DNA of 39,193 bases from assembly GCA_012862495.1 (NCBI GenBank), contig BLSG01000220.1:22931-62123 (forward strand), read 5' to 3'. Every line of letters starts with the position of its first letter. The first letter of the stretch is position 1. Of the stretch, positions 1 to 10,986 are shown piece after piece. The notes under the pieces were generated by a model. The model made no database searches and was not told the origin of the DNA. It saw only the letters and a program-made list of their open reading frames with translations. The translations under genes were made by a program, and so were the position numbers. Source of the DNA: Thraustochytrium aureum. Its lineage: Eukaryota.

Positions 1-1
1 T

Positions 2-616
2 CTTCTTGGTGCCCCCGGCGCAGGCGGCGCGCTGCCGAGGAGCATGGCGGAGGAGCTGGTTCCCTGGCTCGCAGCGAGGGGACACGTCGAGATTGCCAGC
101 GAGCGGCTCGGGCCAGGCAAGGTGGAGGCCAAGCTCTTGAGCAAATTCGAGGCCTGGGTCCTCGAGGCGTGCAGCGCCGCGCCGAACGCCAAGGTCGTGC
201 TCGTGACGCAGTCCTTCGGCGGCCGCGTGGCGGCGCACTACTTGGCAGGAATCACGGCCTCGGGCACCGCGATGGGACGCGCCGCGCCTGTGCCAGCCAA
301 CTTGGCAGCCCTGGTCGCGTTCGGGTTCCCCTTCGCCCATGCGTCGCAGGACCGGGGCGTGGCCCTGGACGTGCTCGGCCGTGCGACTGGCACGCGCATG
401 CCAGCTCTCCTGTTTGTCTCTGGAACCAGCGACTCCTTTGCTGCAGGTCTGCCAGAGCGACTCGATGGCGCAGGGCTGCGGTCGCAGTTGGAGCTCGTCA
501 AGGGCGGCAAGCACAACGTGTTTGACGCCCCTTCTGCCGTGCGGGTGGTTGAGCTGGCCCGCGCCATGTCTCGCGTCGAAGCGGTCCTGGACCGCCTCAT
601 GATCGCCACACCCTAG
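2..616 (+). CDS. Alpha/beta hydrolase (KANSL3/Tex30-like), 5'-partial
   Basis: The frame is open from the window start (LLGAPGAGG, resembling the family HGAG motif). Motifs: nucleophile elbow TQSFGGR, GFPFAH, catalytic Asp in VSGTSDSF and His in GGKHNVF. Stop TAG ends at 616. Confidence 0.8.
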   Translation, partial: LLGAPGAGGALPRSMAEELVPWLAARGHVEIASERLGPGKVEAKLLSKFEAWVLEACSAAPNAKVVLVTQSFGGRVAAHYLAGITASGTAMGRAAPVPANLAALVAFGFPFAHASQDRGVALDVLGRATGTRMPALLFVSGTSDSFAAGLPERLDGAGLRSQLELVKGGKHNVFDAPSAVRVVELARAMSRVEAVLDRLMIATP

Positions 617-1175
617 TTTCTCCTTTCCATGATTTGATTGACAAGATCGCGAGCAAGGTGAGCGTTTCTTTCGACATCGCTTGGCGGGCCTCGGGACAGG
701 GAGCCCATCTGCCGCCTTGCGGCGGCTGGCCACGTATCGCGCGCTCTCTGTTGCCCTCTGCGCACTTGGCCCAGCAAAGTATTGTAGAGTACCTTACCTC
801 TGTCGATGGTAGAGCAACTCCAGCAACACCAACGCCAAAGCGGTTTGTTTTCGCGGCGGTATGCACGCGCGACGCTGGCCTGCCCCGGCCGGTTGTAACC
901 TCCAGTGCGGCGCCAAGTGGAGAGCGAGTGCCCTTTCGCTGCCACAGCACGATCATCGCCCGCGATGTGGCTTTCGGGCGCACTGTGGCAGAAACCGCCT
1001 TCTTGCGGCAGCTTGAGCTTGAAATCGCACTTGTAGTAGCACACCCTCCCACCCACCCACGCACCCACCCACCAACGCTAGAGCTCCAACACGACGCGGC
1101 GGCACAGGGGGCGCTGGACGACGCTCGAGCACAGGAAGCTCGCGACACTCCTCGGCGAGTCCCGCCCTGCGCAGG

Positions 1176-2347
1176 ATGGAGGACCTCGGGCATGTCCAGC
1201 TGGTTGACACGCGGCACGACGGCGCGGTGAGGGTGGTGCAGCTCACCGACCTGCACCAGTGGCCGCGCGGCGTCAAGGCCTTTGAGGCGCGTGGCCGCGT
1301 GATTGACTTTGACAAGGAAGGGTACTCGACGGAGCGCAACGTCGAGCTGATCGACCACGTGCTGGAGACGGCCAAGCCGGACTTTGTCGTACTTACCGGA
1401 GACATCCTCGACGGGCGGCCCTGCAGCGCGATGGACCCGAGCGTGATGAAGGAGGTAATGCTCGACGTGCTTGCGCCTGTGCTCAAGCGCGGCCTGCCTT
1501 GGACGTTTTGCCCGGGGAATCACGACGATGATCACTCGCCGTGGTCCCGACAGGACCTCATCGAGTTGTACCAGCTCCCGGGGTGCGTCTCGCGGCGCGC
1601 GCGCGGGTTTGACCACACCTTTACAGTCGACTTTGGAGAAGCTCCCTCGGCGTCGAGCTCGGTAAGGCTATGGATGTTTGACTCGGGCGCGAACAGCCCC
1701 GACCCGAAGCTGCGGTATACGACGTTTGCCCCAGAAGCGGTTGCAGGATACCGGGCGCTGTCGAGCAGCGGTGAGCTCGCCCCGAGCGCGGTGGGGCTGG
1801 CTTACTTTCACATCCCGCTGGTAAGTTTGCACTTGGTCAAGTCTTCGCGCTTGTGTGTCTGGCGGTGCGCCGTGGGTGCGCTGACGTTGCGCGGCGTTGT
1901 TGCACCAAGCCCGAGTACGAGGGCGTGCGGCCGCTTGCGGGAAAGAACGGGCTGTTCGACGCAGGGCTCAAGGGCGGGGTAGTGCCGTTCCCCTTCAACC
2001 ACCAGCCCTTCACGGCGCTGGTGCGGCTGCTCGGCAAGGACATGGTGGCCGGGTGCTCTCGGCTCAACAGCGGAATTTTCCAAGCGTTCAAGGAGACGGG
2101 CAACGTGCGCGCCATGTTTGTGGGCCACGACCACCACTGCGACTGGGTGGGCCGCCGGGACGGCATCTATTTGTGCTACGGCCGCTGCGGGGGCTTTACG
2201 CCGCCGCACAATTGGGAGGGCGCTGGCGGCGCGCTCCCTTTCGTGCACGGCGCGCGCCTCGTCGAGGTCGGCCGCGACGGCCGCACCTCCACCTGGGTGA
2301 CCACCTTTGAAACTGCAGAGGAGGATCGCATCGAGCTCCGCCCGTAA
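1176..2347 (+). CDS. Calcineurin-like metallophosphoesterase, DCR2/PAP28-29-like, 360 aa; exons 1176-1820 and 1910-2347
   Basis: Metal-binding motifs LTDLH, LTGDI, PGNHDD and VGHDH are present. Splicing 1821-1909 restores the family motif FHIPLPEY. The C-terminus has LCYGR and GARLVE. Confidence 0.9.
1821..1909 (+). other. Spliceosomal intron (89 nt, phase 0)
   Basis: GTAAGT donor, GCTGAC branch-like site at 1880 and CAAG acceptor. Removal joins FHIPL to PEY in frame. Confidence 0.88.
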
Positions 2348-2710
2348 CCCAAGCCAATCGCAGCCTGTGACTGTTTGCTGAGCGTTCCTTGCTCTCTTCG
2401 CCCTGTGACGCCCGCGTCAGATCGAGCCGCAGCTCCTTGGCGCTTGCTGGAGGCCGCGCATGATCGGTGCTCGCGCGCTCGAAATACCTCAGCGGTCTTG
2501 TGCGGCCGGCTCGACGGCGGCGGCCATTGACAATCGATGTGCGGCAGTGTCGTCGGGATGGAGGCCGCACGGGCCACACTTGTCCGTCCCGCTCCGAGCC
2601 TTCGAAAGCCTTCGAAATGCGGAAGAAAATCCTCGAGTCCGTCCACAGTGTTGCTTGTGACCACAGACGGCAGCGCTCTCTCCCGCAGGCGACTGGCGAC
2701 AGCAGCAGCG

Positions 2711-3499
2711 ATGGCGCAGCGTACGGCCCTCGGCGTGAAGGTGCTGGCCGGCCTTGTTCTGGCCCTTGTCGCGCTCCTGGCAGCGGCTGGGCATGCCGAA
2801 GGCAAGGTGATCGCGCTCGACGACGACTCGTTCGAGCACCTGACGCAGGCGGCCACCGGGGCTACGACGGGGGACTGGTGAGTGGGCGCCGGGAAAGTGC
2901 AGGCCGAAGCGGAAGGATGCCGGCCGGGTCGGGCGCTGACGGAGCTGGGGCGAGTGCCGCAGGTTTGTCAAGTTTTACTCGCAGCAGTGCGGTCACTGCA
3001 AAAGGATCGCTCCCGTGTGGACCAAGCTCGGCGAAGGTGAGTGCGCTGCGCGAGCGACGGCGTGGCGGCGGATAGAGCAACGATATCCCGCTAACGGGCT
3101 TGGCGTTTGCGGCGCGAAGCTCTCCTCGGCGAGGTGAACGTGGCGGAGGTCGACGTCAAGAAGGAGACCGGGATCCGCGAGCGATTCTCCATTTCCACAG
3201 TGCCCACGCTGGTCTACTTTCACAAAGGCGAGATGTTTGTCTACAAGGGCAAGCGCGACCTGGAGTCGCTCTCCGCGTTTGTGGAACTCGTTCGATTCGG
3301 CGAGCCGGCCGACTTGCCGTCTGGGACGCCCGTTCCGCCCGCACCGTTGCTGCGGGCGGGGTGGTTTAGGGTGCTCGAAAGTGTTCCTGATGGCGTACTG
3401 ATCGTGGGCGCAACTTTCTCCTCGGTTTTGGTGATCCTTCTCTGCTTGGGCGGCGCGGCGAAGAAGGACGGGCAGGAGAGCTCCAAAAAGCAGAGCTAA
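2711..3499 (+). CDS. ER transmembrane thioredoxin/PDI-like protein (TMX-type), ~206 aa; exons 2711-2877, 2963-3036 and 3120-3499
   Basis: Signal peptide, then [43 protein letters not shown] and EVNVAEVDV...[12 protein letters not shown]-terminal TM helix ends in KKQS (KKxx ER retrieval signal). The three exons total 621 nt in frame. Confidence 0.88.
2878..2962 (+). other. Spliceosomal intron (85 nt, phase 2)
   Basis: GTGAGT donor, GCTGAC at 2935 and CAG acceptor. Removal restores GDW-FVKFY. Confidence 0.87.
3037..3119 (+). other. Spliceosomal intron (83 nt, phase 1)
   Basis: GTGAGT donor, GCTAAC at 3090 and GAAG acceptor. Removal restores [12 protein letters not shown]. Confidence 0.83.
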
Positions 3500-3673
3500 G
3501 GAGGCGGCTCCGGATGTTACCGTGCGCCCCCGAACACGGAGCGAATGACCAAGGCAGCGGCGGCAGGTCTTTAGGGGGCTGAATAGCGTTCTTTTCTTGA
3601 ACCACAACAACCCACGAGAAATAAAGCAAAACGCTACTTGTCCTACTTGCTTGTTCGCCGTCTGCTCATGCGA

Positions 3674-3892
3674 TCACTTGTCCTTCTTGGACTCGGGTTC
3701 GCCTTCCGCGGCCTTGGCGGCAGACTCTTCCGCTTTACGCTGGGCAAGCACCTCGTCGCAAAGCTCGTCCACCTCGCGCTCAAAGTCCTCGTCCGTGCCA
3801 CGCAGCCTGAAAAGGGCGTAAACAGACCCGGCGCCAAAGACCGCGCCGACGGTGAGAAAGAGGAGTATCTCGCCGAGAGGCAGCGAGGACAT
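3674..3892 (-). CDS. Small single-pass membrane protein (72 aa; could extend into the gap)
   Basis: ATG lies at the gap edge. A hydrophobic helix (ILLFLTVGAVFGAGSVYALF) is followed by an acidic helical tail ending KKDK. Codon usage is GC3-rich. It converges on the thioredoxin gene. Confidence 0.6.
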   Translation of the reverse strand: MSSLPLGEILLFLTVGAVFGAGSVYALFRLRGTDEDFEREVDELCDEVLAQRKAEESAAKAAEGEPESKKDK

Positions 3893-4167
3893 NNNNNNNN
3901 NNNNNNNNNNNNNNNNNNNNNNNNNNNNNNNNNNNNNNNNNNNNNNNNNNNNNNNNNNNNNNNNNNNNNNNNNNNNNNNNNNNNNNNNNNNNNNNNNNNN
4001 NNNNNNNNNNNNNNNNNNNNNNNNNNNNTGAAGTGGCCACTGCAGCTGCAGCCGCCGCCGCCAAGGTGTGTCCGATCACGCCTCACAAACAGCAGGAATC
4101 CGAGGATGCATCCCACCCATCCTCGCGCCGCTGCCAGCTGCGCAGCCCTCGTAGTGCTCGGGGTATT

Positions 4168-4656
4168 GCCAGCTGGCCGGCCGGCCGATAAGCCAACTCA
4201 CCGCGCGGTCGCGCAGCGCGCAATGCTCGAGGTCATTAAACGCCGTCGAAGGGCTCTCATCAAGCAGCGACCGCCACACTCGAGCCTCTCGACGCTCCGA
4301 AGCATCGCCGGCCGGCCTGCTAGCCAAGTTGCCAACTCACCGCGCGGTCGTGGTGGCCTCGCGTAGTGCGGAATTAAACGCCGTCGAAGGGCTCTTATCA
4401 AGCAGCGACCGCCACACTCGAGCCTCTCGACGCTCTCCGAAGCATCGCCAGCTGGCCGGCCGGCCGATAAGCCAACTCACCGCGCGGTCGCGCAGCGCGC
4501 AATGCTCGAGGTCATTAAACGCCGTCGAAGGGCTCTCATCAAGCAGCGACCGCCACACTCGAGCCTCTCGACGCTCTCCGAAGCATCGCCGGCCGGCCTG
4601 CTTGCCAAGTTGCCACCTCACCCCGCGGTCGCGCAGCGCGAAATGCTCGAGGTCAT
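4168..4656. repeat. Tandem repeat with ~140-bp units (3.5 copies) and a 279-bp higher-order dimer
   Basis: Units start at 4168, 4307, 4447 and 4588. The core ATTAAACGCCGTCGAAGGGCTCT(C/T)ATCAAGCAGCGACCGCCACACTCGAGCCTCTCGACGCT occurs at 4235, 4373 and 4514. Confidence 0.95.
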
Positions 4657-6365
4657 CAGTTCAACAAGTCTCGAGGCGCGCGTTGCCAAGCCCAGCACTC
4701 TGCAGGTCCAGAGAGCTCCGCGGGCCCCCCTGCAGGCATCTCGTCGTGTTCAATCAAGCAAGCGAAGCAGCCAGGCTCCTGGTTGCAGAGGCCAGCTCGC
4801 GTGAGTCTTTCAATGCGATGCGCAAGGCCGCGATTGCACAAGACTCGCACGGCGGTCGGTGCCTGTTTGGACCCGCTTGGCTTGCTTCCTCATGCCTTGC
4901 TGGCTCAAGAGCGAAGCCAAACAAGGGCGGCCCTCCTTGCCAACGCGGGCTCGTTGCCGTTCGAGAGACTTGATTGCTCTTGCACCACGGCACTACCCAC
5001 GCACGCAGAGCAACAGGCGAGGGCGTCCCGCCGAGTTATCGGTGTCCCTCTTCGAGCGGCACGCGAGTTCACGGCGCTCGAGCGAAAACCAACGCCTTGC
5101 TTGACCTCGTCGACATCGCTGGCAGTCCGGAATTGGTTGCGGCTCGGAATCCCTGGCATCGCATGCAGCGCGAGGGCCGCACTCGTTGCGCTTTCCTTGC
5201 CGGCGAGCGAGCAAAACGCAGCTGCTCGATCCCTCGCCTGCAGCGCACACTGTCGGTCGGCAGTGGCGGTGCGGGATCCTCCTTGGCCAGCCGGCGCGCC
5301 GTTCGACGAGTATTGGACTCTGTTCTTCTCAGCTCTCTCGCGGTGCTTCTGCTTGCTAGCATCTGCGCAGCGAAAAGAAGCACATTCATGCATCTGCGCA
5401 GCGAGAAGAAGCATGCAAGGCCTCCTGCTCCTCCGCAAGGACGACCACCGCAACAGGAGCAGGGCGCGAGCGAGCGATGATTTGATGGAGTTGAGCCGCG
5501 TGATGTTGATGTTGATGTTGATCAAGATGATGAAGCCACGGGTCATTTCCGGCGCTCGTGCCCTTCTGCGTTTCTTGACCGCAAACAAAATGTCAGACTG
5601 CACTGCCAGAGGCCTTTGTGAAGGAGCCGCCAACCAAACCCGACGCACCGCCGAGGCGCGCGAGCGATGTGTGGGCCAACGAGCCCTTGATGCTTCTTTT
5701 CCTCGTCGCAGGCGACGGACAACGGGACACCGGTGCGTCTGTTGACACGACTTGCCTCTCGATATTGGCGTTGGAGTCGCGGGAAGAATCGCTCGGCGAT
5801 GCAATCGCGGTCCAGTTTTCTCTCCCTGACTCAGTCAAGAGCTGACTTTCTGTTGCTGAAGCAACCGGAGAAAGAGTGCGCAGGGCTAGTTCGCGCTGAC
5901 GGCTCGGCGGCCGGTCTTTGCGGACTATCACCGCGATCCGCTTTTGTGTTCTCGATGCTTCACCTGTAATGCCCGCGCGAGGGGATGTTTTCCGAGGATG
6001 ACTGTGCAAGGGGGGATTGAAGCGGGTCGGCATGTCGTCGCCGTCCAGCTGTGCGGAGAGGGCTCTCCCAGCTGGCGACTCCGAGCCCTGCTCCGAGGTA
6101 GGTACTCGTTCGTTTCAGCGCCTGGCGAGTGGGCATTCGAGTAGCCAACGGCTTGGCTTTGACGAAGCGTACGGCGGCGCTCGTCTCCTCTCAAAAAAAC
6201 ACCAGCGACAAACGAGCTGGCGGCGTTCGCCACTGCAAGAGAGCGGGCGAGCAAGGGGGCTCCAGTGACACACCCTTCCCATTGCAAGCAAACCCGAATC
6301 CGTAGAGCCCATCCATCCGAGGCCGCCAAAGCACCGGACCTCGCATCACCAATTCGTCGTCCACA

Positions 6366-7274
6366 ATGGGGTTTTCGACGACGAGCTCGGCATCGCTCAT
6401 GCGCGTGTCCGCCGCCCGCAGGCCGTCCACGAAGGTGAAGGGCAACGCGCCAGCTGGCGGGCTGCTGGCAGAGTTGCCACCCAAAAGCGAGGTGAGCTCG
6501 CCCAAGCAGACGAAACTGCGCGAAATGCGCAAGCAGCGGCAGGCGCAACAAGAAGAGCTCGCGCAGACGTCTCGCGAACTCAAGCGGCTCTCGATGCGGC
6601 AGAGGCTTTCGGCCACCGCTCGGATGAGCCTGAGACTGACCCGCAGCAACAAGGACCCGCGGTGCGAAGTGCAGGGCGAGAGCAAGGCATGCGAAGAAAA
6701 GCAGATGCTCCGGAGCAGCATGCGCAGCGTCAATTCTCCACGAAAGTGCGCCACAGTGCGCTTTTCGGCAGACGTCGACGTGCAGCAGTTCGAGTCCTCC
6801 GCGGACGAGAAGGCGACTCGGCGCAACTCGCGCAAATGGATCGAGCGCCCAGAGCAGAACGAGTACATGCGCGAGGCCGAGTTTTTCAGGCTCGTGAGCG
6901 ACTGGGCGGCCTCGTTTCCGACCAGCGCGGGCGAGTCGTACGAGGAGTGCCTCTTGGTGGAGTTTCTGTCCGAGGAGCGGGCCGCCGTCGCGGATTCCGT
7001 TGGCCTTGAGAGCTACCATGACCTTGTGAAGAAGTGTGGCAAGTACGTCAACCGCAGCTTGTATGCGCCATCTTCGGAGGAGGTGGATGTGCCCGCAGTG
7101 CGCAAGCAGACGGAGGAGATTCTTACGACGCTCGTGGCCGACTGCCTGCTCGAGCTCTTCAAGTACGATTCCGAGGAGGACCGCACGCAGCTCTTCCACG
7201 ACGCCTTTCACCTGAGCCGCTCCATCTCTGTGCGGCGCCGGTCCTACATCAAGCAGCTGTTCAGCCGCGCTTGA
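6366..7274 (+). CDS. Hypothetical protein, 302 aa (basic Ser/Arg-rich N-terminus, acidic helical C-terminal domain)
   Basis: ATG-initiated ORF with strong GC3 codon bias and an AT-rich 3' flank. TVRFSADV resembles an RVxF-type PP1-docking motif. No family was recognised. Confidence 0.75.
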   Translation: MGFSTTSSASLMRVSAARRPSTKVKGNAPAGGLLAELPPKSEVSSPKQTKLREMRKQRQAQQEELAQTSRELKRLSMRQRLSATARMSLRLTRSNKDPRCEVQGESKACEEKQMLRSSMRSVNSPRKCATVRFSADVDVQQFESSADEKATRRNSRKWIERPEQNEYMREAEFFRLVSDWAASFPTSAGESYEECLLVEFLSEERAAVADSVGLESYHDLVKKCGKYVNRSLYAPSSEEVDVPAVRKQTEEILTTLVADCLLELFKYDSEEDRTQLFHDAFHLSRSISVRRRSYIKQLFSRA

Positions 7275-8164
7275 GCGGTCGCGTCCGGTGCCAGGCTCAC
7301 TAGCGAGTCTGGCGGACGCCACCTTTTTTGTATTCATTGAAAGCCCANNNNNNNNNNNNNNNNNNNNNNNNNNNNNNNNNNNNNNNNNNNNNNNNNNNNN
7401 NNNNNNNNNNNNNNNNNNNNNNNNNNNNNNNNNNNNNNNNNNNNNNNNNNNNNNNNNNNNNNNNNNNNNNNNNNNNNNNNNNNNNNNNNNNNNNNNNNNN
7501 NNNNNNNNNNNNNNNNNNNNNNNNNNNNNNNNNNNNNNNNNNNNNNNNNNNNNNNNNNNNNNNNNNNNNNNNNNNNNNNNNNNNNNNNNNNNNNNNNNNN
7601 NNNNNNNNNNNNNNNNNNNNNNNNNNNNNNNNNNNNNNNNNNNNNNNNNNNNNNNNNNNNCGTCGTCCCATCACAGGCAGCCCGACTTCGGGCCGACAGC
7701 CATGCGCCCTGTGGCAGCCGAGCCTCTTCGCGGAGGCGGCGAGCGAGCGATGGACGCGCCGATCGATGTCGAGCAAGTGGAGTTGAGAACGAGTAAGTAC
7801 CCGAGTAAAGGCCTTGACTCTTCTTGCCAGCAACCTCCAGGCCACGGGATCAGCAGCCGCGCGCGGGCGGGCGGGCGGGCTGGCGGGCGGGCTAGGTCCT
7901 ACCGCATGCGGTTGGCGCCATCACGGGCGGATTGCACCGCTACCAGTCCTGTAAGACTCGCTAGGCGGCAGGCCTGTGTCGTCCCTCGAGGCGGCGCAGA
8001 GCGCGCACGCAATCAATCAGCAAGCCCCGAACGAAGCGCTTCCCTCGGTGGAGCTCGAGAGCGAGGCACTGGCGCGAAGTCGCATCGAACGCGGCAGACT
8101 CGAATCGAGAAACAGGAAAACGACGGGAGCGCAAGCCGCGTAGGAAAAGTGCGAGTCTGACAGA

Positions 8165-9642
8165 ATGTGGAGCGGCGAGAGCACGACGAAGAGCGCCGGA
8201 ATCGGGCCCGAAGCGATCAGGGCGACCTTGGCGCCGCTGTCGCTGATTGCGACCACCCCGGTGGTCTCGATCGTGCTGAGCCGCGCTGTGGCAGCGACCG
8301 AGCACGACGGGTCGTTCCTGGAGAATGCGCGGGATACGATCATGGAGATGCTCGACAAGGGCGTCGCTTACTCGGTGACGCGCGACGCGTTCGATCCGCG
8401 CGCGTGGAAGGTGATCGCGGCGTTCATGCTCACGCAGCTGCTGCTGATGCGGTTCATGCCCGGGCGCGAGTTCCTGGGACCGCGCAGCGCGAACGGCAAC
8501 GTGCCCGTCTACAAGGACAACTGCTTCGCTTGCTTTCTCGCGAGCCTCGCGCTGTTTGCGGGAGGCGTCAGCGCGGGTCTCTTCAACGGCGGCATCGTGT
8601 TCGACCTCTTTCCGCAGCTCATCGCGTCGATGAACATCTTTTCGCTGGCCTTTTGCGGCCTCCTGTTCGCAAAGGGCGCGCTCATGCCGAGCAGCACGGA
8701 CAGCGGACTCAGCGGCAACCCGGTGTTTGACTACTACTGGGGCACGGAGCTGTACCCGCGCTTCTTCGGCTGGCTCGACGTCAAGGTGTTTACCAACTGC
8801 CGGTACGGTATGACCGGCTGGGCGCTCATCTGCATCTCGTTCGCGATGGCGCAGCAGGAGCGCTTTGGGGCGATCAGCAACTCGATGCTGGTCTCGGCCG
8901 CGCTCCAGGTCATCTATCTTGCCAAGTTCCACTGGTGGGAGACGGGCTACTACTGGACGATCGACATCATGCACGATCGCGCGGGCTACTACGTACGTTT
9001 CCGCCCGCTTGGCCTGTCGCGCTTGCTCTCGCCCGCGCCGCTTGCTCTGCCTCTCTCGCGCGCTGACGCTGATTTGCTCTGTTTGTTGTTACCTCGCTCT
9101 TTGTTTGGGCGCTCCCCTGAGCAAAGATCTGCTGGGGCTGTCTCGTGTGGGTGCCCAGTCTTTACACTGCGCACACGGCCTTCCTCGTGCTGCACCCGTA
9201 CGACTTTTCGCCGGCGCTTGCCGGCGCCCAGTTCCTCTTCGGCCTTGCCTCCATCTATCTCAACTATGACGTCGACCGCCAGCGCCAGCAGTTTCGCGCC
9301 GAGGACGGCAAGAGCAAGATCTGGGGCAAGCCGGCCCAGTACCTCGTTGCGTCGTATTCGACCTCGGACGGCAAGAAGCACAGCTCGATGCTGCTCTACA
9401 GCGGTTGGTGGGGCGTGTGCCGCAAGGTCAACTACTTTTTCGAGCTCTGTGCCGCGTTTACCTGGTGTGTCGTCTTTGCGCACCCGACGCACCTCATCCC
9501 GTACATGTACTTTGTGTTCCTTCTCGTGCTGCTCGTGGACCGCGCCTTTCGCGACGACGCGCGCTGCCGCGCCAAGTACGGCGCCAAGTGGGACGAGTAC
9601 TGCCTCAAGGTGCCTAGCATGCTGGTCCCTGGCATCATCTAA
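8165..9642 (+). CDS. DHCR7: 7-dehydrocholesterol (sterol delta-7) reductase, ERG4/ERG24 family, 447 aa; exons 8165-8992 and 9127-9642
   Basis: Motifs GNVPVYKDN, DYYWGTELYPR, DVKVFTNCRYGM, KFHWWETGY, TIDIMHDRAGYY-ICWGCLVWVPSLY, SGWWG and DRAFRDDARCRAKYG match plant DWF5-type sterol delta-7 reductases. Confidence 0.95.
8993..9126 (+). other. Spliceosomal intron (134 nt, phase 0)
   Basis: GTACGT donor, GCTGAC at 9062, a pyrimidine-rich tract and an AAAG acceptor. Removal restores DRAGYY-ICWG. Confidence 0.9.
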
Positions 9643-10986
9643 CCTCTCCCCCCAGAATGGCGTGTGAAGTCTTGCGCAAGCCGGGCGCTGCAAAGCAAAC
9701 GACGTGATCTTATCTTACCTCATCCTCTTGCCTTCAGTTTGGCCGCAACGGACGCTGCGCAGCGTCCGGGACGTGCTGCCAAGGCTTTGACAGCACTGTC
9801 TCTAGGGCGAGCCACAGCGGCCTGGCCCAACGCTTGGCCGAGCATTTCCCCAATGTGGCAAGGCTCGCTGCGCCGTTGGCGGTGTCCTCCTCGGTGTCGG
9901 CGCGAACCCGCTCCCTNNNNNNNNNNNNNNNNNNNNNNNNNNNNNNNNNNNNNNNNNNNNNNNNNNNNNNNNNNNNNNNNNNNNNNNNNNNNNNNNNNNN
10001 NNNNNNNNNNNNNNNNNNNNNNNNNNNNNNNNNNNNNNNNNNNNNNNNNNNNNNNNNNNNNNNNNNNNNNNNNNNNNNNNNNNNNNNGTCTGACCGCAGC
10101 GTAGCTGGACCAGGCGACTCCCGAGCGACTGCTGCCTGAAAACCAACAGCCGGCAAGGCCTCTCCATCAAACCGCGAATGAAGCGAAGGCCTTGCCGCCA
10201 AGCGCCACCTCATCAGTGCGCCGAGCGCGCCGAGTTCTGGCGCGGTCTGTCGGTGGGGCGGCCGAGGCACATCCATCATACCATTCCAATCAAAGTTGCC
10301 CTTGCACAACACAGAAGACACAGCTTGCATCTTGCAGCCAAGGATCTCTGCACACCGATAGCCTGAGGTCGCGCCCGTGGCTGAGCCCTCAAGTCTCGGC
10401 CGGAAACGACAGCCCTGCTCTAACTCCTAGTAGGCCTGTGTGCCTGGGTGGTGTACATGCCCTCCCTGGCCAGGGGCCCGAGACTGGGATCCAGCTTGCT
10501 GCTCCTCACTCGTGCACTGGCGAAGTGGATTGCATCGCCGAGGTGCTCAGGCTGCGCGTGGCCGGAAGCGACAAAAGAGGTCATCGTTGGGAGCGCCGCT
10601 GGCGAGTTGGCTTGCCAAAGAACGCACTGCAGTCGGCGTAGTCGGGTCCAAGTCGATGTGCCTGGTCGATCACTCCACCTGATGAAGCAAGAAACTCAAG
10701 AGTACTCGCGCGCTCTCTCGAGTTCCCGATCACAACTGTGAAGGAGGTCGAGTACTTCCTTTCTTTGTGATCTGAATCTGCTCGTGCCGGGTAAGTACGC
10801 ACTTTTCACTCACTTTCCAGCGTCCACTGCATCGGCGTGGCCGATTTCATCGCCGTGCCAGCCACAGCAGACCCAAGACCCGACTCATCTTGTCATCTGC
10901 GGTGCGCCAGCAACTGCCTTGCGCCGCATCGGAGCTGCACGGGTGCGAAGAGGGCAAGGGAGGTCTTGTCAAACCGGCTGCTGATC

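Noticed and set aside
597..1616. Long antisense and overlapping ORFs (e.g. 597-1616, 5928-7337, 7961-8974, 12389-13747, 17911-18939)
   Set aside because: These are shadow ORFs expected opposite GC3-rich genes. They are Arg/Ala-rich and have no motifs.
4168..4656. CRISPR-like array
   Set aside because: The intervening segments are themselves repeated rather than unique spacers, the unit is ~140 bp, there are no cas genes, and the context is eukaryotic.
4783..5804. ~300-aa ORFs on both strands
   Set aside because: Their composition is typical of non-coding GC-rich DNA, with no domain signatures and no clear codon bias.
8993..9667. 500-aa unspliced ORF 8165-9667 as the DHCR7 product
   Set aside because: Family similarity stops at DRAGYY and resumes in another frame after a clear intron.
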